In this document: piece after piece, positions 1-10,466 of the stretch
Numbering within the stretch: the first letter of the stretch is position 1
Layout: the number at the start of each line of letters is the position of its first letter
NCBI GenBank assembly: GCA_003171255.1
Contig: PMYK01000029.1
Span: forward strand, 11,816-75,815
DNA length: 64,000 bases
Direction: 5' to 3'
Source of the DNA: Chloroflexota bacterium
GTDB lineage: Bacteria > Chloroflexota > Limnocylindria > Limnocylindrales > CSP1-4
Notes under the pieces: model-generated
What the model was told of the DNA's origin: nothing
Database searches by the model: none
The model's input: only the letters and a program-made list of their open reading frames with translations
Program-made: the position numbers and the translations under genes

Positions 1-1388
1 GAACCCTCAGCGCCGGCCGCGATCTCGTCGATGATCGTCATGGCGTCCTCGCCGCGGGGATCCTCGTTGGCGACCACCACCACCCGGCAGCGCTCCGCGG
101 CGATCCGGCCCATCATCGGGCGCTTCTGGACGTCTCGCTCACCGGCCGAGCCGAAGACCGCGATGAGGCCCCCACCGCCGGCCGCGGCCATCGGAGCCAG
201 CACGCCGAGAACCTTCTCCAGCGACGCGGGCGAGTGGGCGTAGTCGACGACGACGCCGAAGGGCTGGCCGCAGTCCACTCGCTCCATCCGGCCCGGGACA
301 CCCTCCACTGAGGCCAGAGCGGCGCGAACGGTGCCGCCGTCCAGCCCCAGTGCCTCGCCGAGGGCGATCGCCGCGAGCGCGTTGTGAACGTTGAAGCGGC
401 CGGCCAGTCTCAGTTCCACGCCGCCGCGCCAGCGCGGGGTGGCAACTTCGATCCGCATCGACCGCGCCCCCTCCGCCACGTCGAGGGCACGCACGTCGGC
501 CGCCGCCGTCTCACCGTACGTCAGGACGCGAGCACCGGCCGCCCGGGCCGCCTCGAGGAAGAGCGGCGCGGCCGGATCGTCGGCATTGACGATGGCTACG
601 CGCGGCCACGGGCGGGCCGTTCCCTTGGCGGGCGCGTCCAGGCCCAGCCGGCGGAAAAGGCTCAGCTTGGCGTCCCGGTAGGCCTCGAACGTTCCGTGCA
701 GTTCGAGGTGTTCGTGGGTCAGGTTCGTGAAGATGGCGACGTCGTAGGCGATCTCCGCGACCCGGTTCAAGGCGAGACCGTGAGAAGTCGTCTCGACGAC
801 GGCGGCTTCGTTGCCGGCGGCGACCATCGCCCGAAGGATTCTCTGGAGCTGCGGCGCCTCGGGTGTCGTGACGTGCTCCGGGTTGGCCGTCCGGAGCGAC
901 CCGACCTTCGCGGCCGCCGTGGTGATGAGCCCTGTCGAGATGCCCGCGGCCTCGAGCACGGCCGTGGCCAGGATGGACGTCGTGGTCTTGCCGTCGGTCC
1001 CCGTGATGCCGACGATGCCGAGCTCGCGGCTCGGGTCGCCGTACCACCACGCGGCCGCCGTCGCGAGGGCTCGGCGGGTGTCGTCGACGACGATCTGCGT
1101 CAGGGCCGCCCCGGCCACCGGCCGCTCCACGATGGCGGCCGCCGCGCCGAGGGCGGCCGCCGCCGCCACGAAATCGTGTCCGTCCGCGTGGGTTCCCGCC
1201 ACGGCGACGAAGACGAAACCGGGCCGGACCTGGCGCGAATCCGAAGTGACGCCGTGGACCTGGAGCCGGCCGCCGCCGGGCTCGCCGGCCTGAACCGCAA
1301 GAAGCCGGCCCGAAGACTCCAGCCGCTCGATCAGCTCGTCGCGTGGACGCGGTCGACCCGGCTCCGCCGCCGCCAGAAGGCTCCTCAT
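1..1388 (-). CDS. murE: MurE-type Mur ligase (UDP-MurNAc-L-Ala-D-Glu:diamino-acid ligase); the 3' end runs off the window
   Basis: Absent from the ORF track because there is no stop codon inside the window. My translation from ATG (plus-strand cat at 1386-1388) gives MRSLLAAAEPGRP...VHGVTSDSRQVRPGFVFVAVAGTHADGHDF...GIVGITGTDGKTTTSILATA. That includes the Mur-ligase P-loop GxTGTxGKTT near 985-1010. A FemAB gene lies next to it. Confidence 0.85.
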   Translation of the reverse strand, partial: MRSLLAAAEPGRPRPRDELIERLESSGRLLAVQAGEPGGGRLQVHGVTSDSRQVRPGFVFVAVAGTHADGHDFVAAAAALGAAAAIVERPVAGAALTQIVVDDTRRALATAAAWWYGDPSRELGIVGITGTDGKTTTSILATAVLEAAGISTGLITTAAAKVGSLRTANPEHVTTPEAPQLQRILRAMVAAGNEAAVVETTSHGLALNRVAEIAYDVAIFTNLTHEHLELHGTFEAYRDAKLSLFRRLGLDAPAKGTARPWPRVAIVNADDPAAPLFLEAARAAGARVLTYGETAAADVRALDVAEGARSMRIEVATPRWRGGVELRLAGRFNVHNALAAIALGEALGLDGGTVRAALASVEGVPGRMERVDCGQPFGVVVDYAHSPASLEKVLGVLAPMAAAGGGGLIAVFGSAGERDVQKRPMMGRIAAERCRVVVVANEDPRGEDAMTIIDEIAAGAEG

Positions 1389-1444
1389 CGTTTCTGAAGC
1401 CGCCTCTTCACCCGAGGCGCGACCCGCCTCGCCGAGGGAGCCCG

Positions 1445-2719
1445 TCACTCGGCCTTCTCCTCGGCCGGTTCGGTGGTCTTCTCGCCGGCCGAGGCGCCTG
1501 GGGCATGCGGCCGGCCTCGGACCTTGCGGATGCCGTGGCGCCAGGCCCCTATTCGGTCCTGCATGACCTGGGCGGTGTCGAAGGCGAGGCGACCCGCCGG
1601 ATCGAGGACGAGATCCCACGCCCCGACGTACATGATCTCGCGTCCTCCGAAACCGGCTTTGAAGTGCTCGATCCCCTCGTGCGAGATGCCCCACATGTCG
1701 TAGATCCTGGCGCCGGCTTCGCGTGAAGTCCTGATCGCCTCCCACTTAAGGAGGTAGTTGGCGCGACGATCGGCGCCGGCTTCGGTCATCCCGCCGTACG
1801 GCTCGATGACCCGATCCCCCACCCTCAGCAGGAAGAGCGTCGCCAGCCCTACGCCGTCGGGGCCCTCGGCCATCAGAAGCCGGGCCATGCCCAGCCGCGC
1901 GAAGGCCCGCCAGACACCGAGGTACGACTCGTAGGTTCGGATCACGAAGCCGGCCCGTTTCGCGGTCTCCTGGTAGATCGAGTAGAACTCGGGAAGCCTT
2001 TCCTCCGTCGCGTCGACCACGCGAACCTCACCCTTGCGAGCCTTGTTGACGTACTGGCGCCACTTCTTGCGCAGGTCGCCCCAAAGGGCGGCCTCGTCGG
2101 CCCGAAGATCGACCTGGCGGGTTCGGGGCGGCTGGATCGGCGTGCCGGCACGCCAGGCGTTGCGCCGGAGCGCGTGTCTGAACTCGCCGTCCACGTCGAC
2201 GGGGCCGTTCAGCTCGATCTCGGGCTCGATGCGCACGTGGGAGATGCGAGTCGGGCCCGACGCGACGGCCTGACGGAGCGTCGCGGTGAAGGCCTCCAGC
2301 GTGGCCTCGTTCCAGGCCCTGAAGACGGGGCCACGCGGCGCGTAGGCGAAACCCCAGGGAAAGAGCCGCGGTTTACGGATAAGGAGCTGGACGCCGAATT
2401 CGAATTCCTCAGCGGGCTCGGAGCCCTCGTCCTCGTCTTCCGGCTCGGGGACATCTCCTTCGCCCGGCACGATGACGGTCTCGCCCGGCCCGACGATCTC
2501 GGCCTTGCTGGCAAGCGTGGAGCCGATGAAGCGGAGCGGCGTCCAGCCGTTAGGGGCCTTGACCTCGGCCCAGGCGCTGGTCTGGAGATACGATCCGGCG
2601 TTCGATCGCCTGACGAAGTCATCCCAGGTCGACGTCTCGGGAGCCAGGTCCGCGACGGACGCTCTCAGCGGGACTGCCCTGCCCGCCTCGGCAGCGTTCC
2701 TCGCGACCCTGTCTGCCAT
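1445..2719 (-). CDS. FemAB-family peptidoglycan interpeptide-bridge peptidyltransferase (FemX-like)
   Basis: 424-aa ORF with FemAB-like features (SYLQTSAWAEVK..., KKWRQYVNKARKGEVRV, YGGMTEAG). A strong RBS (GAGGAGG) lies 7 nt upstream of the ATG at 2719. It sits directly upstream of murE. Confidence 0.8.
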   Translation of the reverse strand: MADRVARNAAEAGRAVPLRASVADLAPETSTWDDFVRRSNAGSYLQTSAWAEVKAPNGWTPLRFIGSTLASKAEIVGPGETVIVPGEGDVPEPEDEDEGSEPAEEFEFGVQLLIRKPRLFPWGFAYAPRGPVFRAWNEATLEAFTATLRQAVASGPTRISHVRIEPEIELNGPVDVDGEFRHALRRNAWRAGTPIQPPRTRQVDLRADEAALWGDLRKKWRQYVNKARKGEVRVVDATEERLPEFYSIYQETAKRAGFVIRTYESYLGVWRAFARLGMARLLMAEGPDGVGLATLFLLRVGDRVIEPYGGMTEAGADRRANYLLKWEAIRTSREAGARIYDMWGISHEGIEHFKAGFGGREIMYVGAWDLVLDPAGRLAFDTAQVMQDRIGAWRHGIRKVRGRPHAPGASAGEKTTEPAEEKAE

Positions 2720-2863
2720 CTGACGACCTCCTCGCCGCGACGTGTCCTCGACCCGGCGTCCGCCCGATTGTAGGCCTCGGGCCCCTCGGCCGGCCGCACG
2801 GCACCGCCGGCGCGGGCTGCCGAGGTAGACGCGGAATTGTGGCAGGTCGCGGCCGGCGATCGG

Positions 2864-3988
2864 CTAGCGGTCACCGTCCGGCCGAGGCGCCCGTTCGGTG
2901 ACCGCCGGATTCGGGTCTTTCGCGGTCCCGGGCGCACTCTCGCGCTCGGTCCCAGCCGCCAGCGTGGCGCGAGGATGCGAGGCCGTGTATGCCGCGCGGA
3001 GACGAGCCGGCGAGACATGGGTGTAGATCTGGGTCGTGGCGAGGCTCTCGTGGCCCAGCAGCTCCTGAACCACGCGCAGATCAGCGCCGCCGTCGAGCAG
3101 GTGCGTCGCGAAGCTGTGGCGCAAGGTGTGAGGCGACACGCCTACAGGCAGACCGGCGGACACGCGCAGGCGCTCCAGCCGGTACCGCATTCCCCTTACG
3201 CCCAGGGCGCTGCCGGCGTGGTTCAGGAAGAGGACGCCACGCTCCGCGTCGTCCCCTTCCGAGGCGTCGCGGGCGGCAGCGAGTTCCACGAGGATCGGGC
3301 GCCCGGCCTCCAGGTACTGGGAGATGGCCGCCCGGGCCGGCCGTCCCAGGAGCGACACCCGCTCCTTGCGGCCCTTGCCGGTGACACGCACTTCGCCACG
3401 CTTGAGGTCTACGGCGCCGATGGTCAGCGACGCCAGCTCGCTTATGCGCAGCCCGGCGGCATAGGCCGTCTCGATGATGGCCACGTCGCGCAGCGCAAGG
3501 GCCCTCTCCAGCTCGCCCCTGGCGCGGGTCGAATTCCCAGCTCCACGGCCCGCGGACCCGCTCCCGCCGGGCCTACCTCCGCGACCCTGCTCCCCGGCGG
3601 CCTCGATCAGTCGTTCCGTCTCCGCGACGGTGAGAACCTCGGGCAGCCGGCGCGGCTGCCGGGGCGTGGCGAGGGCCGCCAGGGGGTTGCCCGGTGTCAG
3701 GCCCTGGCGCGTAGTGAACCGGTAGAACGATCGCAGCGCGGCCAGCCGCTGCGCCACCGTCCTCTTGCCGTGGCCCTCGCCGAGGACTCCGAGATAGGCC
3801 CTCAGGGCGGCCCGGGTAGGCGTCCGCCAGTCGTGCCCGTTGGCGGCAATCCAGTCGAGGTAGAGGTCCAGGCTCGTCCGATACGAGCGAGTGGTGTTGG
3901 GCGACGAGCCGCGAGCCTCCAGGGCCTGGAGGAAACGCCCGGCCGCCGCGTCAGCCGACGCCGGATCGGACCCGGGCCCCGCGGTCAT
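2864..3988 (-). CDS. xerC: Tyrosine recombinase, XerC/XerD family
   Basis: 374 aa. The catalytic C-terminus reads [39 protein letters not shown], and the N-terminal core-binding motif reads [12 protein letters not shown]. The ATG overlaps the topA stop (ATGA at 3985-3988). Confidence 0.9.
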   Translation of the reverse strand: MTAGPGSDPASADAAAGRFLQALEARGSSPNTTRSYRTSLDLYLDWIAANGHDWRTPTRAALRAYLGVLGEGHGKRTVAQRLAALRSFYRFTTRQGLTPGNPLAALATPRQPRRLPEVLTVAETERLIEAAGEQGRGGRPGGSGSAGRGAGNSTRARGELERALALRDVAIIETAYAAGLRISELASLTIGAVDLKRGEVRVTGKGRKERVSLLGRPARAAISQYLEAGRPILVELAAARDASEGDDAERGVLFLNHAGSALGVRGMRYRLERLRVSAGLPVGVSPHTLRHSFATHLLDGGADLRVVQELLGHESLATTQIYTHVSPARLRAAYTASHPRATLAAGTERESAPGTAKDPNPAVTERAPRPDGDR

Positions 3989-6471
3989 CCCGCGCGGCGC
4001 GTGCCGCCGGTTCGGGTCCCCGCCGTCTTGCGCCCGCCGCTGCTCCTCGCGCCGCTCCCGGACCTGGATTCGCCAGTGCGACGCGGGCGACTCGACGTCG
4101 GCCTCGCCAGGGCTGCCGGGTTGGCTTCGCCACCGGCCAGCCGCTTCCCGACCACGTCGTCAAGGCCGGCCAGATCTATCGCTGCGCCGCAGACGAGGCA
4201 GAGGCCGCCCTCGGTGTTCCTGCCGATCGGCCCCCCATCGACGTCGTGCATAGCCCCGAGCGGCTCGTGGGACGTCGTGAAGTCGCATTTGGGATAGCGC
4301 GAGCAGCCCCAGAAGAGCGAACCCGTCCGTCGCGTCCGGCGCGTCGTCAGGTGGCCCTGGTGGCAGGTGGGGCACGTAACCTCGAAGGCAAGCGGCTCCG
4401 GCGGCGGCGGCCCGTCCTTCTTGATGTAGTCGCAATCGGGATAGCGCGAACAGCCCATGAACGGGCCGAAGCGACCGCGTCGGCCGACCAGGGTTCCTCC
4501 TTCAGTCGGGCCGCATTTGGGGCATGCTTCGGGCGCGGCAGGCTCGGCCGTCCCGTCCTCCGCACCGGCCGCCACGGCGGTCCCGTTGCCGTTGGCACCC
4601 GGCAGCTCGCGGGTCTCCTTGTGCTCGGGGTACATCGAGCAGGCCAGGAACTCGCCGTAGCGGCCGAGCCGGATGACCATCGGATGGCCCTCCGAGCAGA
4701 CCTCGTCCGAAGGCCGAGTGGTGAAGTCCGCCCGCCGCAGTTCCTTGGTCTTCTCTTCGATGCGAGCCCGGAAGGGCGTGTAGAAGTCGCGCACCACCGG
4801 CACCCAATCACGCTTGCCGTCGGCAACGTCGTCCAGGTCGTCCTCCATCCGAGCCGTGAACTCGAGGTCCACGAACTCGCCGAAGTGGCAAACCAGCAGG
4901 TCCGTGACGATCTCACCCACCGGCTCGGGATGCAGCCGCCGATCCTGGACCTTGACATAGCCCCGGTCCAGGATCGTCGAGATTGTGGCCGCGTACGTTG
5001 ACGGCCGGCCGATGCCGTGGTCCTCCAGGGCCTTGATCAGGCCGGCTTCGGTGTAGCGCGGCGGCGGCTCGGTGAAGTGCTGCTGCGGCTCGACCGATTC
5101 GACGCCGGCGACGTCGCCCTTCGCCAGCTCGGGTAGCTTGCATTCGGCCTCTTCCTCGACGTCGTCATGGCCCTCCGTGTAGACACGCGAGAAGCCGTCG
5201 AAGGTGGTCCGCGTCGCATTCGCGCGCAGATCGTAGCCGTCCGCGGCGAGGTCCACGCTGGAGGTTTCTTGCTCCTTCGCCGCCATCTGGCTGGCCAGTG
5301 CCCGCTGCCAAATCAGGCGGTAGAGGCGGGCCTCGTCGCTGCCCAGGCGCTTGGAGAGCGCATCCGGGTCGCGGTGGAATGAGGTAGGGCGGATGGCCTC
5401 GTGAGCCTCCTGGGCATTGCGCGTCTTGGTCTTGAAGGCCCGGCCTTTCGGCGTCGTGTACTCCGGGCCGAAGCGCGACTCGATGACCCGCGCCGCTTCT
5501 GCCATCGCCTGGCTCGACAGCGCCACGGAGTCCGTGCGCATGTAGGTGATCAGGCCGACCTGCCCGTCGTCGGTCTCCACGCCCTCGTAGAGACGCTGGG
5601 CCGCGCTCATCGTCCGCTTCGGTGAGAAGCCGAGCTTGCGGCTTGCTTCCTGCTGCAGGCTCGACGTGGTGAAGGGCGGGGCCGGGGTGCGGTTCGTCTT
5701 CTTGAGCGAGACGTCTACCACAACCGGCCGGGATGCCCGGATGGCGGCCGCGTGGCGCTCGGCGGTTTCGCCGTCGCCGACCTCCGGCTTCTTGCCCCCG
5801 ATTCGGACCAGGTCAGCCTCGAACGTCTCGCCGTTCGGAGCGATCAGGACGGCCTTCAGTGTCCAGTACTCGCGCGCGGTGAAGGCCCGTATCTCGCGCT
5901 CTCGATCGACGACGAGACGCACGGCCACCGACTGGACGCGGCCCGCCGAAAGCCCGGCCCGAACCTTGCGCCACAGCAGCGGGCTGAGCGTGTAGCCGAC
6001 CAGCCGGTCCACGATGCGGCGCGCCTGCTGAGCGTCGACGAGGTTCTGATCGATGGACCGAGGCTGCTCGAAGGCGCGCTTGATCGCGGCCTCGGTGATC
6101 TCCGAGAAGGTCACCCGACGAGTGCGCTCCGGAGCCAGCCCCACGGCCTCGGCGACGTGCCAGGCGATGGCTTCGCCCTCCCGGTCCAGGTCTGTGGCCA
6201 GGAAGACGAGATCGGCCTTGGACGCTGCCTTCTGGATCGCCGCCAGCTGCCTCTTGCGGTCGGCAACGACCTCATAAACCGGAGCGAAGTCGTGGTCCAC
6301 GTCCACGCCGAGCTGGTTCTTGCCGGGGTTCTCCGGCAGGTCTCGGACATGGCCGTACGAGGCGAGCACGGTGTAGCCCGGCCCGAGATATCGCTCGATC
6401 GTCTTCGCCTTCGCGGGCGATTCCACGATCACAAGGTTGCCGCTCATCGGCGGGAGTCTAGCATCAGCCAC
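3985..6471 (-). CDS. topA: DNA topoisomerase I, with C-terminal zinc ribbons and a basic tail
   Basis: 828-aa ORF. It has a Toprim N-terminus ([18 protein letters not shown]), repeated CxxC...CxxC ribbons (CPKCG..., CPTCHQG..., CLVCG) and an R/G/S-rich tail. The track start at 6471 is GTG; the ATG at 6447 ([13 protein letters not shown]) is an equally plausible start. Confidence 0.95.
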   Translation of the reverse strand: MADARLPPMSGNLVIVESPAKAKTIERYLGPGYTVLASYGHVRDLPENPGKNQLGVDVDHDFAPVYEVVADRKRQLAAIQKAASKADLVFLATDLDREGEAIAWHVAEAVGLAPERTRRVTFSEITEAAIKRAFEQPRSIDQNLVDAQQARRIVDRLVGYTLSPLLWRKVRAGLSAGRVQSVAVRLVVDREREIRAFTAREYWTLKAVLIAPNGETFEADLVRIGGKKPEVGDGETAERHAAAIRASRPVVVDVSLKKTNRTPAPPFTTSSLQQEASRKLGFSPKRTMSAAQRLYEGVETDDGQVGLITYMRTDSVALSSQAMAEAARVIESRFGPEYTTPKGRAFKTKTRNAQEAHEAIRPTSFHRDPDALSKRLGSDEARLYRLIWQRALASQMAAKEQETSSVDLAADGYDLRANATRTTFDGFSRVYTEGHDDVEEEAECKLPELAKGDVAGVESVEPQQHFTEPPPRYTEAGLIKALEDHGIGRPSTYAATISTILDRGYVKVQDRRLHPEPVGEIVTDLLVCHFGEFVDLEFTARMEDDLDDVADGKRDWVPVVRDFYTPFRARIEEKTKELRRADFTTRPSDEVCSEGHPMVIRLGRYGEFLACSMYPEHKETRELPGANGNGTAVAAGAEDGTAEPAAPEACPKCGPTEGGTLVGRRGRFGPFMGCSRYPDCDYIKKDGPPPPEPLAFEVTCPTCHQGHLTTRRTRRTGSLFWGCSRYPKCDFTTSHEPLGAMHDVDGGPIGRNTEGGLCLVCGAAIDLAGLDDVVGKRLAGGEANPAALARPTSSRPRRTGESRSGSGARSSGGRKTAGTRTGGTRRAG

Positions 6472-6550
6472 TCACCTGACCGTTCGCGGGGCATGCGGGC
6501 ACGCTTCGGGACGGGATCCGGCCCCGCACCGCGCGACGGCCGCGGCGGGT

Positions 6551-7000
6551 TCAGAGGGTCTCGAGGCAGGCTTCGCGGATGCGGCGGAGGAGGTCGCCGT
6601 CGGGCTCGTCCGGATCCGTCCGGCGGCTCGATCCGTCGCCCAGGCCAACCACCGCCGGCGCGTCGAAGCTATCCGGGGCCGCGTCGGGATGCCAGTCCAG
6701 GCGGGCCAGGGCGCCATTCGCGAACTCGGCCTCCGCCGCGACGGCCATCTCGCCGGCTTGCTCGGCAGCCATCCCGGCTTCGTGGGCTTCGACCGACTCG
6801 CGGTGTATCTCCAGGAACCGGATCGCGGCGAGCGGGAGGACGAAGGTCGAGTCGGCCCGGTCGACGAAGATGGGCTTCTTGCCGTTCATGGTGCGAAGGT
6901 TCCGGCAGATCAGGGCGACGTCGGACGGCATCGGCTCCGACACGAGGTCGGCCACGAGCGGCTGCTCGTTGAGGATGTGGACGACTACGTCACGGAGCAT
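6551..7000 (-). CDS. Hypothetical protein (149 aa) with a structured N-terminal half and an acidic, disordered-looking tail
   Basis: ATG-initiated ORF in the same orientation as its neighbours, and coding-like in composition (MLRDVVVHILNEQPLVADLVSEPMPSDVALICRNLRTMNGKKPIFVDRADSTFVLPLAAIRFLEIH...). I recognise no family. Confidence 0.55.
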   Translation of the reverse strand: MLRDVVVHILNEQPLVADLVSEPMPSDVALICRNLRTMNGKKPIFVDRADSTFVLPLAAIRFLEIHRESVEAHEAGMAAEQAGEMAVAAEAEFANGALARLDWHPDAAPDSFDAPAVVGLGDGSSRRTDPDEPDGDLLRRIREACLETL

Positions 7001-7063
7001 TCGGCACGCATGGTCGGCCGCTCGAGTGAGTGGCTCTGCGGGGAATATCGGCCGCGGCGAGGG

Positions 7064-8899
7064 TCAGCCGTAGAAGTCGATGGAGACTCTGACGACCCCG
7101 TTGGCCACCCATACACCCACGCCGGCCTGGTTCAGGAACGGCGCCATGATGTTGTAGTAGTGCTCGCAGCGACACCAGTACTCGTTCTGGTAGAACAGCT
7201 CGATGTCGATCATCCCGAACTTGCTAGCGTTGGACGGCGAGGCGATGTTCTCGCCCCAGCTGCCGCCGCAGTAGCCGCCCCAGTTGCACAGCCGCCAGTG
7301 CGGGTCGTGGTAGGCGTAGTGGTCCAGGATCTTGCGATCGGCCATGTATTTGGCATAAGGCCGCGAGACCTTGTTGGATATGTCGGCGCTCAAACGGAGC
7401 GGGCCCTGGGCCGGCAGGGTGTGGTGGGTCTCCGTGCTGCAGTTGCCGCCGACGGTCACCCAGCCACCGGTCCGAGTGCAGTTCATCAGCGCCATGTAGT
7501 ACACCTCGGACGCGTAGTACGGGCGCGTGGACGAGGCAACGCCGCCGGTGTAGGCGATGACCGGCGCCTTGGGCCTCGCGACGGTGAACGTGGCGCTGGC
7601 CCCGGCTCCCAGGTGCAATCCGTTGGCACCGGCGGCACGAGCCGCCGGGGTAACCCTGGCCACGACCTTGTCGCCGATCTTGAACGAATAGCGAGGTGTC
7701 ATGACGAGTACGGTGTCGTTCTCGGCCCAGTACTTGCTGCCGGAGATGATCTTGCCGTTGACGGTCACCGAGAAGGCGGCCGCGGTCGATTTCTGGTCCA
7801 TCGCGACGGTGAACCGGACCGAGACGGGCTGGTTGGTGTCGTAGCTGACGCCTCCGTCGACCGGACGGAACCGGATCACCCCGGGTGCCAGCATGGTGTG
7901 AACGCGTATGGCCGTCACCGACTGGAGCGCCGCCCCGGCCGAGTCCGTGCCGCCGTCTGCCATCACGACGATGAAGTCCACGTCGGACGCGAGCTGGGTC
8001 CTGGGCGTGATCGTGAAGACCTGCGAGGCCGCGTCGGTGGGGTCGTCACCAACGATCGTGAGCGGCACCGCCGGGCTGATCCCGAGTCGAGTCACGACGG
8101 TCGCGAGCTTCACGGGCCGGGTGAAGGTGAGCTGGAACGCCGTCCCCGGCGAGACCTGGTCGCCGCTGACTTGCGTCGCGACGAGCTGGCCGGAAGTCGG
8201 GGCGCCGGACTCGAAGGAGGTACGAATCGGCGTCGACAGGCCCAATCCCTCCTGGTCGCTCGCGGCCCCGGAGATCTCTACGGTGTAGCTGGTGTGCGGC
8301 TGCCAGAACGGATCCGGCGCCAGCGAGACGACCTGGTTAGTGGCGTCCCACTGGAACTTGAGGTTGACCTTCGGAGAGATCGTCAGCGCGCTCTCGACTG
8401 ACGCTTCGTTCATCGGCTTCGTGAACTGCACCTGGAAGGCCATGTCCAGCGCGAGCGTGGAGTTGGCCTTCTGCGGAACCGCCTGTGGCGTCAGTGGGGC
8501 GAAGCTGGGCGGAGCGACGCCCGCAACCTCCTTCGCCGGGAGGCCAAGCAGCAGCCCGGCTACCAGCAGGAGCACGGCCATGACGACGCCAAGCAGCTGG
8601 ACTGATCCACCCGAGAGGCTGTGGCCGGGGTGGCCCGCCTGACCCGGGCGGACAGCCTGAGCCGGCCGTCCCGGCGACGTATGCCGAAGCACGGATGAGA
8701 AGTAGTAGTAAAGAAGGAAGGGGATGGCGACCGCAGCGGCCGCGATCTTGCGCACTCGGATGTCTCCTGTGGCGACGGGAGCACAGTCCCGGTTGGCGTC
8801 TGGCAAGGAGGGTAACACCGAGTCCGAAGATCCGGCAAATGGCCCCGGTTGCCCGTGCGGCGAATGCGATCTCAGCGCCCGGAGGGGTTGCGAGCCCAT
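7064..8899 (-). CDS. Membrane-anchored surface protein with three SbsA/Big_5-like Ig repeats and a C-terminal CAP/SCP (YkwD-like) domain
   Basis: A hydrophobic anchor (VVMAVLLLVAGLLLGL) is followed by repeated units (VQFTKPMNEASV..., LTFTRPVKLATV..., VRFTVAMDQKST...). The Cys-rich C-terminus carries GENIASPS and EHYYNIMAP, which are CAP-like. I took the first ATG downstream of the dprA stop as the start (8899); this start is uncertain. Confidence 0.7.
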   Translation of the reverse strand: MGSQPLRALRSHSPHGQPGPFAGSSDSVLPSLPDANRDCAPVATGDIRVRKIAAAAVAIPFLLYYYFSSVLRHTSPGRPAQAVRPGQAGHPGHSLSGGSVQLLGVVMAVLLLVAGLLLGLPAKEVAGVAPPSFAPLTPQAVPQKANSTLALDMAFQVQFTKPMNEASVESALTISPKVNLKFQWDATNQVVSLAPDPFWQPHTSYTVEISGAASDQEGLGLSTPIRTSFESGAPTSGQLVATQVSGDQVSPGTAFQLTFTRPVKLATVVTRLGISPAVPLTIVGDDPTDAASQVFTITPRTQLASDVDFIVVMADGGTDSAGAALQSVTAIRVHTMLAPGVIRFRPVDGGVSYDTNQPVSVRFTVAMDQKSTAAAFSVTVNGKIISGSKYWAENDTVLVMTPRYSFKIGDKVVARVTPAARAAGANGLHLGAGASATFTVARPKAPVIAYTGGVASSTRPYYASEVYYMALMNCTRTGGWVTVGGNCSTETHHTLPAQGPLRLSADISNKVSRPYAKYMADRKILDHYAYHDPHWRLCNWGGYCGGSWGENIASPSNASKFGMIDIELFYQNEYWCRCEHYYNIMAPFLNQAGVGVWVANGVVRVSIDFYG

Positions 8900-8919
8900 C
8901 CTCGGGCGATCCCATCCGC

Positions 8920-10464
8920 TCAGACGACGCGGCCCGACCCGGATCCCGACCAGCTCACCAGAGCGCCCGACGGCGAATAGCGGCCATAGGCACACCTCGC
9001 CAGGCCCCGCAGCTCGAGCAGGGTCAGGGCGCTCAGAACGGACGCCGCGGCCAGTGATGTGCGTAGCGACAGCTGGTCCGCCGTAGCGGGACCGCGGATC
9101 AGTTGCTCCGCCAGAGCGAACTCGACCGGACCGAGAGTGGCCAGAACGGCGGCCCGGCCGGCGCCGGGCGGCGACGACGTAGGCCCGCTTCCGAGGCGTC
9201 CGGCGCGGCCCGGAGAGGCGGCCGTGGCAGCCCCGGTGGAATCGGCGGCCTCGAGCCCCAGGTCCTCGATCAGCTCCGCGATCCCCGCGACCACCCGAGC
9301 CTGGCCTGGGAAGCTGCGCAGGAAGGCGAGGCAGCCGGCACTCGTCGGCGCGTCGAACGGACCGGGCACCAGGTAGCAATCACGGCCCTGCTCCAGCGCC
9401 CAGCCTGCCGTTATCAGGGCCCCGCTCCGGCGGCCCGCCTCCACGACGATCGTCGCGTCCGACAGGCCGCTCACGAGCCGGTTCCGGCGCGGGAAGGTTC
9501 CGCGCGTGGGTGCAGTCTCGGGCGCCAGCTCGGATACGACCGCTCCACCGGCCTTGACGATCGCGTCGGCCAGTCGCTCGTGGGCCGCCGGGAAGAGCCG
9601 GGCATGTCCGCCTCCGAGGACCGCCACGGTGGTGCCACCTTCGGCGACCACGGCAGCGTGGGCGGCGCCGTCTATCCCGACGGCCAGACCGGAGATCACC
9701 GCGGCTCCGGCCCGGGCGAGGGCAGAGCCGATCCAGCCGGCGATGAGGCGGCCCTTGTCCGTCGGCCGGCGGGTGCCGACCACCGCGACCGCGTTACCGG
9801 CCGAGAGAGCCGCAACTGAGCCGCGGACGAACAGCAAGGGCGGCGGCAGCTCCACCAGCCGCAGCCGATCCGGATACGTGGGCTCCTCGAGAGTGACGAC
9901 GGTCAGCCCCAGTGCTCGTACCTGCTCGACGGCACTCGACCCGCCGGCCGCGACCTCGCGGATTCGCGCCGCCAGCTCGGCGCCGATCGCCGGGCGGCGG
10001 CGCGGAGGGCGCTGACCATTCGGCGCATCCGCCTCTTCGGCCGCAATTCCGGCACACGCGTCGAAGACGGACACTGCCGGCATCACGTCCAGACCTTCCG
10101 CGGTCTCGGCCGCGGCGTCGGCGAGGGCCTGCACGAGCCGATCCGGGCCACCCGGGCCGCTCGCGGCGTGGAGCACTCCCCTGGCCGATCCAAACGCCGC
10201 GAGCAGGGCCTCAAAACTCACCGGTCCCAAACCCTGGACCGACAACAGCGCCACCCAGGCATCGCGCTCGGACTGGACACCCTCTGGTGGCGGCGGTGCG
10301 TCAGTCCGCGCCGGACCCGCCGGCTCGGCCCCGCCGGGAGTCCACCACTGCGGCGACGTGGCCCTCGATTTCGGCCCGGCCTCGCGGACGCAGGGCGTGA
10401 GTGACGGCCCCTCCTCCGCCGTCCGACACGGCACGACCGGCCCAAGGCGCTGCACTCCCAGCAT
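8920..10464 (-). CDS. dprA: DNA-processing protein DprA (Smf), with N-terminal and C-terminal extensions
   Basis: The Rossmann-like core reads AVAVVGTRRPTDKGR...VISGLAVGIDGAAHAAVV...FPRRNRLVSGLSDATIVVEAGRRSGALITA. I took the ATG at 10464, which lies 2 nt after the comM stop (TGAccATG). The upstream 162 codons of the track ORF overlap comM. Confidence 0.85.
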   Translation of the reverse strand: MLGVQRLGPVVPCRTAEEGPSLTPCVREAGPKSRATSPQWWTPGGAEPAGPARTDAPPPPEGVQSERDAWVALLSVQGLGPVSFEALLAAFGSARGVLHAASGPGGPDRLVQALADAAAETAEGLDVMPAVSVFDACAGIAAEEADAPNGQRPPRRRPAIGAELAARIREVAAGGSSAVEQVRALGLTVVTLEEPTYPDRLRLVELPPPLLFVRGSVAALSAGNAVAVVGTRRPTDKGRLIAGWIGSALARAGAAVISGLAVGIDGAAHAAVVAEGGTTVAVLGGGHARLFPAAHERLADAIVKAGGAVVSELAPETAPTRGTFPRRNRLVSGLSDATIVVEAGRRSGALITAGWALEQGRDCYLVPGPFDAPTSAGCLAFLRSFPGQARVVAGIAELIEDLGLEAADSTGAATAASPGRAGRLGSGPTSSPPGAGRAAVLATLGPVEFALAEQLIRGPATADQLSLRTSLAAASVLSALTLLELRGLARCAYGRYSPSGALVSWSGSGSGRVV

Positions 10465-10466
10465 GG

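Noticed and set aside
8900-9379. The N-terminal 160 codons of track ORF 7064-9379, and likewise the first 162 codons of 8920-10950
   Set aside because: These extensions overlap the well-supported dprA and comM coding regions respectively, and they are Arg/Gly/Pro-rich. I trimmed to the first ATG downstream of the upstream gene's stop.
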